From: Candidatus Bathyarchaeota archaeon
Lineage (GTDB): Archaea > Thermoproteota > Bathyarchaeia > TCS64
Direction of reading: 5' to 3'
Assembly (NCBI GenBank): GCA_043826455.1
Contig: JBDRQD010000074.1
Coordinates: forward strand, 1-13,463
DNA: 13,463 bases
Below, one piece after another: positions 7,023-13,463 of this stretch. Both the position numbers and the translations under genes were made by a program. Below the pieces are notes generated by a model that was not told where the DNA came from, ran no database searches, and saw only the letters and a list, made by a program, of their open reading frames with translations. The stretch's first letter is position 1. Each line of letters opens with the position of its first letter.

Positions 7023-7316
7023 CTCCAGTATTTTCTGCAGCCAACCCCAGTTTACTGCGTAGTAGTATATTACCAGGATTAGTGTTCCTAGGGCACCTGC
7101 CAGGAGGAGGGTCTTTATCCAGTCGAAGGGCCCGGTTACAGAGGTCGTGGGGCCTCCTTTCATGTACTCGTCGAGCTGGATGGTCTGGGCTGCACCTTGG
7201 CTGTATATGTGGACTGTGTAGGCTAGGGACGCGACGGAGAAGAGGGTGAGCAGTAGTTTCCAGTGGCTTGTGACGCTGCTCATGTACACCTGTATCCGGG
7301 TGAGGTAAGGCTCCAT
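6981..7316 (-). CDS. Hypothetical small membrane protein (two predicted TM helices)
   Basis: Hydrophobic segments [18 protein letters not shown] and [22 protein letters not shown]-rich TATA-like box lies about 28 nt upstream. No family recognised. Confidence 0.65.
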   Translation of the reverse strand: MEPYLTRIQVYMSSVTSHWKLLLTLFSVASLAYTVHIYSQGAAQTIQLDEYMKGGPTTSVTGPFDWIKTLLLAGALGTLILVIYYYAVNWGWLQKILELIRVRAPTVKAVR

Positions 7317-7356
7317 TACTGTGTTGATTTAGAGGGTGCTGTGAAAAATCTAGTGT

Positions 7357-7414
7357 ACCCAGGTTGCTGACAACTCGGCCTCGTATCAGAAATCATGATA
7401 ACGAGTATCTGGGT
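7357..7414. other. Intergenic three-way-junction stem-loop element
   Basis: Closing stem ACCCAG/CTGGGT encloses two hairpins, GTTG-CTGA-CAAC and CTCGTATCA-N7-TGATAACGAG. Confidence 0.4.
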
Positions 7415-7435
7415 TAGGTTATGGGGTGAATAGGG

Positions 7436-8188
7436 TTAGAGGTGTGCGTTCAGCCACTCTATCACCGTTTTTATCAGAGGCCCCCTATGCTCCGTGAAGT
7501 TATGATCAGCGTCCTTGATGATCGCCCATTTTTTTGGCTTGTTGGCTGCCTCGTATAGGAGCCTGCAACTCTTCGGAACCGTCAACGTGTCCTCTGAGCC
7601 GACGACCACCAGCAGAGGAGCCGTCACGTCTCGTACGCTATCAACTGGGTTCAGCTCCACAGCCGCCTTCTTGAAGTCTCCTCTGAGCCTTTCCTCGTTC
7701 CATCCCATGAGCTTACCCTCAGCTATCTTGAGGAAGTATGGAAGCATTGCGTCCAGGGCTGGCCCTGTGGTCCAGGCCTTCAAGTCAGAGACGGGCGCCA
7801 TCAAGACACCCGTCTTCACCGACCGGTCATGGCTCATGATCTTGGTGAGGGGGAGGGCGCCCATGCTGTGGGAGACCAGCCCAACTCGGCTAGCGTCCAC
7901 ATACGGCAGCCCACGGAGGAGCTTCAAGGCGTCCCCGGTGCTGGGCGCGAGTGCCGTGAAGCTGTACTCTCCCTCACTGCCCCACGCGCCCCTGTAGTAG
8001 AAGATGAGGACAACTATCCCGTTGAGAGCCAGCTCCTCAGCCAGGTCCATGTTTTTGTTGTCCCCCGGGTACCCGTGACACAGAGCCACAGCGGGAAACC
8101 TACCCTCTTCGAGCGGTCGGTACAACCTACCCCTAAGCCGGTAGCCCCCGCTGACGAAAAAAACATCCTCGACAACAATTCCAGCCAT
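7436..8188 (-). CDS. Alpha/beta-fold serine hydrolase (S9/Abhydrolase-like)
   Basis: LRGRLYRP, LCHGYPG, FYYRGAWGSEG, nucleophile elbow VSHSMG, catalytic Asp in GSEDTL and His in ADHNF. Confidence 0.9.
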   Translation of the reverse strand: MAGIVVEDVFFVSGGYRLRGRLYRPLEEGRFPAVALCHGYPGDNKNMDLAEELALNGIVVLIFYYRGAWGSEGEYSFTALAPSTGDALKLLRGLPYVDASRVGLVSHSMGALPLTKIMSHDRSVKTGVLMAPVSDLKAWTTGPALDAMLPYFLKIAEGKLMGWNEERLRGDFKKAAVELNPVDSVRDVTAPLLVVVGSEDTLTVPKSCRLLYEAANKPKKWAIIKDADHNFTEHRGPLIKTVIEWLNAHL

Positions 8189-8257
8189 ATTCAGCCATCT
8201 CCCCTACTAATGAAACACCTTAACCATTTTTAACACCCATGTACAGATTGAACCCCG

Positions 8258-9607
8258 ATGGGGAAGCGCATCACCACCAAGTTCAAGCCAAAGAACAAAT
8301 GGGTCAGGGAAATGGTAGAGGCAGACCCACTGATAGGCTCCAGCCTCGATGTCACAAAGGAGATGCTCAAGCTCCAAGCCCCCAGGCAGAGCCTCTGCAG
8401 CGTCTGCAAGGGCGGGAAGATGCTCTGCGGCAAGACCAGCTGCCCCATCATGGCCAGGCTCGGGGCCTTCGGCAAGCTCTTCCAGAGCATAAAGGGCACG
8501 GAGATCGATGGAAGCAGCCCGCCCAGCGTCTTCGTGGGCCGCTTCGGCTACCCCTACGTGCAGATAGGGCCGCTGACGCCGACCTTCCACGGAAACACCG
8601 AGATACTGGACGCACCGGAGCAGTGGTTCGGCAAGAGCATCGACGAGATAATCCAGTACAGGAGCCAGCTCGTCAGGGGCATGACGCCGGTGAACGTCAG
8701 GAAGCCCTGGAAGGCGGGCAGGCTCCTGGAGAGGACCAGAGAGCTGAGCCTCGCCGAGCACTACGTCGAGACCGAGATGAAGCTCACCCGTAGACCCAGC
8801 AAACGGTTCTACATGAACGACGACGTCCAGCCCATAGGCCCCACGGCCCCCATGGAGAGCGTGGACATAGGCTACATCCGGTGGAACAGGCACATGGAGA
8901 CGTGCCACTACGACACCGACCTCAAGGCCGCCCCCGCCACAGTCAAGCTCTTCAGCGAGGGCCTGCCCATCAGCAACATCATGCGGGCCTTCAGCATGGG
9001 CAGCTTCGGCGTAGAGAAGAACCGACGCCTGGTGCCCACCCGGTGGAGCATAACCGCGGTAGACGACCTCCTGGGGAAGCACCTGACCCAGAAGATCAAG
9101 AACCACCCCCTCGTCAACAGGTGCGAGGTGTACGAGTCCAACTACATGGGAAACAGGTTTGAGGTACTACTGGTTCCCGACGCATGGGCGTATGAGGCCT
9201 ACGAGGCGTGGTACCCCAACACCCTGTGGAACCCTGACACCGAGCACGTAACCATAGTCACCGACTGGGAGCCCTACGACGGCCGGTCCACCTACGCCTC
9301 CATGGGGGGCTGCTACTACAGTGGCAAGCTGGCCGTCCTAGAGCACCTGGAGAAGGTGCGGAGGCAGGCCAAGGTCTTCATCTTCAGGGAGGCATACCCG
9401 GACTACATACTGCCGGTGGGCGTATGGCAGGTGCGGGAGAACGTGCGGAACGCCATGAGGCAGGAGCCTCAACGCTTCGACACCTTCAGGGAGGCCCTGG
9501 ACAGAGTCATGAGCCGGCTGAGCATCCCCCTGGAGAAGTGGTACGAGTCCGGACCCCTCCTGAGGCATACCCTGACCCAGAGGAAGCTCACAGACTTTTT
9601 CCACTGA
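8258..9607 (+). CDS. nreA: Archaeal DNA repair protein Nre (NreA), PCNA-interacting
   Basis: CSVCKGGKMLCGKTSCP Cys cluster, GSSPPSVFVGRFGYP, RRLVPTRWSITAVD, GGCYYS and PVGVWQVRENVR. C-terminal PIP box QRKLTDFF. Confidence 0.93.
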   Translation: MGKRITTKFKPKNKWVREMVEADPLIGSSLDVTKEMLKLQAPRQSLCSVCKGGKMLCGKTSCPIMARLGAFGKLFQSIKGTEIDGSSPPSVFVGRFGYPYVQIGPLTPTFHGNTEILDAPEQWFGKSIDEIIQYRSQLVRGMTPVNVRKPWKAGRLLERTRELSLAEHYVETEMKLTRRPSKRFYMNDDVQPIGPTAPMESVDIGYIRWNRHMETCHYDTDLKAAPATVKLFSEGLPISNIMRAFSMGSFGVEKNRRLVPTRWSITAVDDLLGKHLTQKIKNHPLVNRCEVYESNYMGNRFEVLLVPDAWAYEAYEAWYPNTLWNPDTEHVTIVTDWEPYDGRSTYASMGGCYYSGKLAVLEHLEKVRRQAKVFIFREAYPDYILPVGVWQVRENVRNAMRQEPQRFDTFREALDRVMSRLSIPLEKWYESGPLLRHTLTQRKLTDFFH

Positions 9608-9644
9608 ACCAGGCGAGACTAAACCGTCAACTAAAGACAGCAGG

Positions 9645-9692
9645 AAAAAAAATTTCGCGAAAGGTACAGTGGCTGTACCTCAACTCCGGAAA
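9645..9692 (-). terminator. Hairpin followed by a T8 tract on the minus strand (terminator-like, or the 3' end of a candidate sRNA)
   Basis: Perfect 8-bp stem AGGTACAG/CTGTACCT (9662-9680), extendable to 9653-9692, followed on the minus strand by T8 (A8 at 9645-9652 on the plus strand). Confidence 0.45.
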
Positions 9693-9738
9693 CAAGGCAT
9701 CTAAGCAACGTGCACCAGCATAGCCAAGCCCACTCATC

Positions 9739-9762
9739 CGCATCAACTTTAAAACCGATGCG
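9739..9762. promoter_or_regulatory. Palindromic TATA-centred site upstream of pheS
   Basis: CGCATC-AAC-TTTAAA-ACC-GATGCG. The TATA lies about 30 nt before the pheS GTG. Confidence 0.5.
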
Positions 9763-9782
9763 ATAGCCCTTAAGGTAGGTTA

Positions 9783-11315
9783 GTGAGACCCTTGAACCCG
9801 AGAGAGGTAGCCGAGAAGCTGCACGAGAACGAACGGAAGGTGCTGAAGGCAGTAGCGAAGGGCACCATGACCACAGACCAGCTCAGCCAGGTCACAGGGC
9901 TGGGCAGGGACGCCGTGGAAAAGGCGTCCGACTGGGCGGCCACCAAGGGCGTCGTTTCGTTCAGGGAGAAAGTCTCACAGTTTTACACCCTCACAGACGA
10001 GGGCAGGCTATACGCCCGGAAGGGTCTCCCGGAGCAGAACCTAAAGCGGCTGCTGGCCCACGGCCCCAGAGAGATATCGGACCTCAAGGAGACGTTCGAC
10101 AACCTCAGCATAGCCCTGGCCTGGATAAGGCGTAACGATTGGGCGGAGATCACTCAGGGCGTCATAAGGCTCACAGACAGGGGTATGAAGGCCGGTGAGA
10201 CCGAGGAGGAACGGGTGCTGAAGGCGCTTACGGGTGACGAGCCGGTCCCCGGAGCCGGATTCAATGAGAAGGAGTTGGAGACCTTGGACCAGCTCGTGAA
10301 GAGGAAGCTGGCGGAGAAGACCGATAAGGTGGACAGGTACGTGGAGGTCACCGAGTCCGGGCGGCTAATCCTGCCTGAGCTTGAGTCCACAGAGGCCTTG
10401 AAGGTGATAACCCAGCTGACCCCCGAGGTACTGGCCAACAAGGAGTGGAGGGGCGCCACGTTCCAGCGGTACGACGTGACCCTGCCGGCACCCAGCCTCG
10501 CCCCCGGCAAACGCCACTTCATCAGCCAGGTCATCGACTATATCAGGCGGTTCTGGGTCGAGCTCGGCTTCAAGGAGATGAAGGGCGAGTACCTGGAGCT
10601 CAACTTCTGGAACTTCGACGCCCTCTACCAGCCCCAGGACCACCCCGCCAGGGACCTGGCAGACACCTTCTACATGAAGACCCCCTACAAGGGCCGCCTA
10701 CCGGACCCCAAGATGGTGGAGCAGGTCAGGCGAACCCACGAGGACGGGTGGACTACCGGCAGCAAGGGCTGGCAGTACAAGTGGGACCCCGAGTTCGCCA
10801 AGCGCACGGTCCTAAGGACCCACACCACCAGCCTCAGCGTAAACCAGATAGCCAAGCTCAAGCCTGAGGACCTGCCGGGCAAGTTCTTCAGCGTGGGCCG
10901 TGTATTCCGCAACGAGACCATCGACTGGAACCACCTGGCCGAGTTCTACCAGACCGACGGCATAGTAATCGGCGAGGGAGTCACCTTCCGCGAGATGAAG
11001 GGCTACTTGAAGGCCTACCTGGAGGGCCTGGGTTTGAAGAAGTTCAGGTTCCGCCCAGGTTACTTCCCCTACACCGAGATGAGCATGGAGGCCGAGGTGT
11101 GGATCGAGGAGCGCGGCGCATGGATGGAGCTCTTTGGCGCAGGCATGTTCAGGCCAGAAGTAGTAAAACCCCTCATAGGCATCGATGTGCCCGTCCTCGC
11201 GTGGGGCCCAGGCTTCGACAGGCTCGTCATGCAGAGCTACAAGGTCAACAACATCAAAGAGTTGTACAGCAACGACATAGGCCTCCTACGGAGGGCCAAG
11301 CTGTGGGTGAGGTGA
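9783..11315 (+). CDS. pheS: Phenylalanine-tRNA ligase alpha subunit (archaeal/eukaryotic type)
   Basis: N-terminal winged-helix region, NFWNFDALYQPQDHPARDLADTFY, LRTHTT, motif 2 FRNETIDWNHLAEFYQ, GYFPYTE and motif 3 AWGPGFDRL. Confidence 0.97.
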   Translation: MRPLNPREVAEKLHENERKVLKAVAKGTMTTDQLSQVTGLGRDAVEKASDWAATKGVVSFREKVSQFYTLTDEGRLYARKGLPEQNLKRLLAHGPREISDLKETFDNLSIALAWIRRNDWAEITQGVIRLTDRGMKAGETEEERVLKALTGDEPVPGAGFNEKELETLDQLVKRKLAEKTDKVDRYVEVTESGRLILPELESTEALKVITQLTPEVLANKEWRGATFQRYDVTLPAPSLAPGKRHFISQVIDYIRRFWVELGFKEMKGEYLELNFWNFDALYQPQDHPARDLADTFYMKTPYKGRLPDPKMVEQVRRTHEDGWTTGSKGWQYKWDPEFAKRTVLRTHTTSLSVNQIAKLKPEDLPGKFFSVGRVFRNETIDWNHLAEFYQTDGIVIGEGVTFREMKGYLKAYLEGLGLKKFRFRPGYFPYTEMSMEAEVWIEERGAWMELFGAGMFRPEVVKPLIGIDVPVLAWGPGFDRLVMQSYKVNNIKELYSNDIGLLRRAKLWVR

Positions 11316-11320
11316 GCTAG

Positions 11321-12985
11321 ATGCCGGTTATAGACGTCAACCTGGAAGACTTCAGACAACTCCTGGGAAGAAAAGTAACCATAAAGGAGCTACAGGACAG
11401 GCTGCCCATGATGGGCACAAGCTGGGAAGGGCCCACCGAGGAAGGCTTCGCCCTGGAGGTGTTCCCCAACAGGCCCGACCTCCTCAGCATAGAGGGACTC
11501 GTCAGAGCGTACGCCTCCTGGACAGGGGAGAAGCCGGGGCTGAGAAAGTACCCCGTCAAGAAGTCCGGCTATAAGGTCGTAGTGGACGAGAAGACCCAGA
11601 GCGTGAGGCCCTGGTTCGTCACCGCCGTCATAAAGAAGGTGAACTTTGACGACGCCCTCATCCGCAGCTTCATCCAGATGCAGGAGAAGCTCCACATGAC
11701 CCACGGCCGCAAGCGCCGCAAGGTAGCCATCGGCCTCCACAACCTGGAGCCCGTGGAGTTCCCCGTCACCTACACCACCAAGCCCCCCGGCTTCAAGTTC
11801 AGGCCCCTGGGGGAGCGGTTCAAGAAGGACCTCACATGGATTCTGACGGAGATGAAGACGGGCAAGGAGTACGCGTGGACGGTGGAGGGCTACGACGAGT
11901 ACCCCATGATCCTCGACAAGAAGGGCATGGTGCTCAGCATGCCCCCCATCATCAACGGCGAGTACACCAGGGTGGACGAGGCCACCGCCGAGCTCTTCAT
12001 AGACGTCACGGGCACCGACCTGAAGGCCATCACCGAGGTGCTGAACGTCATCTGCGTCACCCTGGCCGACAGGGGCGCCGAGGTCTACGAGGTCCACAAC
12101 CACTACCCGGACGGCTCAGTGATGACAACACCCAACCTGAAGCCCTGGACCATGAAGCTAGACAACGGCTACGTCAACAGGACCCTGGGCGTCGAGTTCA
12201 CCCCCGGGGAGACTGCCTCGGAGCTGGAGAAGATGGGCCACGCAGCCAAGGTCAAAGGCAGCAAGATACAGGTCAGCATCCCCTGCTACAGGGCAGACAT
12301 AATGCACCCCATAGACCTGGTGGAGGACGTGGCCATAGCCCACGACTATGACGCCTTCGAGCCCGTGATACCGCCCATTCACACCGCGGCCGGGGAGGAC
12401 CCCCTGGAGGTCTTCAGCAGGCAGCTCCGTAACTTCATGGTGGGCTTTGGCCTCCTGGAGGTGGTCACCTTCATGATGAGCAACAGGGACAAGCTGTTCA
12501 CAAGGATGATGCTGCCCGAGGAGCCTATCTGTGAAACCGAGAACCCCAAGATGGAGACCTACGACAGCCTCAGGAACAGGCTGCTGCCCAGCCTCATGGA
12601 GGTCCTCAGCCTCAACAAGCACCACGGGTACCCCCAGAACCTCTACGAGGTGGACGACGTGGTGATCATAGACCCCACCACGGAGACCGGGGCCAGGACG
12701 AGGAGACGCCTGGGCGTCGTACTCTGCCACGCCCGCGCCAACTTCAGCGAGATCAAGGGGATGATGAACAGCGTCCTGGAGAACCTGGAGGTGGAGGCAG
12801 AGGTGGAGGAGGGGGGCTGGGACTGCTTCATCGAGGGCAGGAGGTACACGGCATCGGTGGGCGGAGAGCCCCTGTGCTGGGCCGGGGAGGTGCGGCCCGA
12901 GTCCTTGGAGAGGTGGGGCCTGGAGATGCCTGTGGCGGCCCTGGAGATGGACCTAGACCTTCTCTTCAGCCTCGTCCAGGACTGA
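11321..12985 (+). CDS. pheT: Phenylalanine-tRNA ligase beta subunit
   Basis: PNRPDLLSIEG, QEKLHMTHGRKRRKVAIGLH, LSMPPIING, YRADIMHPIDLVEDVAIA and LRNRLLPSL. Follows pheS by 5 nt. Confidence 0.97.
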   Translation: MPVIDVNLEDFRQLLGRKVTIKELQDRLPMMGTSWEGPTEEGFALEVFPNRPDLLSIEGLVRAYASWTGEKPGLRKYPVKKSGYKVVVDEKTQSVRPWFVTAVIKKVNFDDALIRSFIQMQEKLHMTHGRKRRKVAIGLHNLEPVEFPVTYTTKPPGFKFRPLGERFKKDLTWILTEMKTGKEYAWTVEGYDEYPMILDKKGMVLSMPPIINGEYTRVDEATAELFIDVTGTDLKAITEVLNVICVTLADRGAEVYEVHNHYPDGSVMTTPNLKPWTMKLDNGYVNRTLGVEFTPGETASELEKMGHAAKVKGSKIQVSIPCYRADIMHPIDLVEDVAIAHDYDAFEPVIPPIHTAAGEDPLEVFSRQLRNFMVGFGLLEVVTFMMSNRDKLFTRMMLPEEPICETENPKMETYDSLRNRLLPSLMEVLSLNKHHGYPQNLYEVDDVVIIDPTTETGARTRRRLGVVLCHARANFSEIKGMMNSVLENLEVEAEVEEGGWDCFIEGRRYTASVGGEPLCWAGEVRPESLERWGLEMPVAALEMDLDLLFSLVQD

Positions 12986-13462
12986 TTCATCAACCTTCTT
13001 CAACACGCCTGTGATGAAATCGGTCTTGGCGTCGGTGTATCCTTCGCGGTCCTCTCCGTAGTGGTGGGCTAGCCGTTTCTTCAGCTCGTGGTACTCCTTG
13101 GTTGTGTCCGGGTGAGCCCTAAGATAGTCTCTGAAGGCGAGCTGCCGCCTCCAGTGGCGGCTGCCCTCCACCACCAGGTGGACGTGGTGGTAGAGCTCAC
13201 GGGTGCCATAGCCGAGGCAGTAGAACCACTCCGGGTCGCCGGGCTGAGGGGTGACGTCCATGTACCCATTCTTCTCCAGGGCTTTCTGCACCCGGTCCGC
13301 CTCAGCCTTGTCCCGGACCCCAACCATGATGTCTACGATGGGTTTGGCTCCGAGGCCGGGCACAGCGGTGCTGCCCACGTGCACCACAGTCATGCCGGGC
13401 GCCCCCAGGGCCTCCGTGATCCTGCGTCTCTCCGCCTCGAAGCGCCTCGGCCACTCCGGGTC
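12953..13462 (-). CDS. GrpB/UPF0157 family nucleotidyltransferase-fold protein, 5'-partial
   Basis: The frame stays open to the window edge: DPEWPRRFEAERRRITEALG...HVGSTAVPGLGAKPIVDIMVGV...HHVHLV...LAFRDYLRAHP...Y..LK...YTDAKTDFI. Confidence 0.92.
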   Translation of the reverse strand, partial: DPEWPRRFEAERRRITEALGAPGMTVVHVGSTAVPGLGAKPIVDIMVGVRDKAEADRVQKALEKNGYMDVTPQPGDPEWFYCLGYGTRELYHHVHLVVEGSRHWRRQLAFRDYLRAHPDTTKEYHELKKRLAHHYGEDREGYTDAKTDFITGVLKKVDESVLDEAEEKV

Positions 13463-13463
13463 G

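Noticed and set aside
9627..9743. 38-aa Phe-containing minus-strand ORF as a pheM-like attenuator leader
   Set aside because: It is on the opposite strand to pheS, its ATG is too close to the TATA box, and part of its Phe content comes from the T-tract.
4909..12993. Long antisense or alternate-frame ORFs (e.g. 4909-5880, 8207-9106, 11390-12103, 12158-12730)
   Set aside because: They are shadow ORFs of GC3-rich, well-supported genes and have no family motifs.
1..13463. CRISPR array, cas genes, IS elements or defence systems
   Set aside because: I saw no regularly spaced repeats and no cas, transposase or defence-nuclease motifs.

Overview
Archaeal genomic window. It is most consistent with a TACK-lineage organism such as Bathyarchaeia, inferred from eS8, eS30, SRP19, Gar1, Rpp30, Nre and archaeal-type PheRS. 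Positions 1-2200 are an AT-richer accessory block: an alpha/beta hydrolase that runs on into a probable second domain, an ATC-hydrolase-family gene interrupted by an in-frame TGA, and a frameshifted flavin reductase. Next comes a strongly skewed non-coding stretch (about 2175-2598) with a long C/G-string and ORB-like boxes. The GC-rich remainder holds rps8e-srp19-gar1, a bacterial-type alanine-racemase homologue at the 3' end of tRNA-Arg(TCG), DUF54-rpp30-MBL hydrolase-rps30e, a small membrane protein, a second alpha/beta hydrolase, nre, pheS-pheT and a partial GrpB-family gene. Best leads: the racemase has both conserved entry-corridor residues replaced (Asp to Tyr, Tyr to Glu); an MBL-fold hydrolase occupies the usual pop5 position next to rpp30; there are two candidate structured ncRNA elements; and there is a possible replication origin with no adjacent cdc6.
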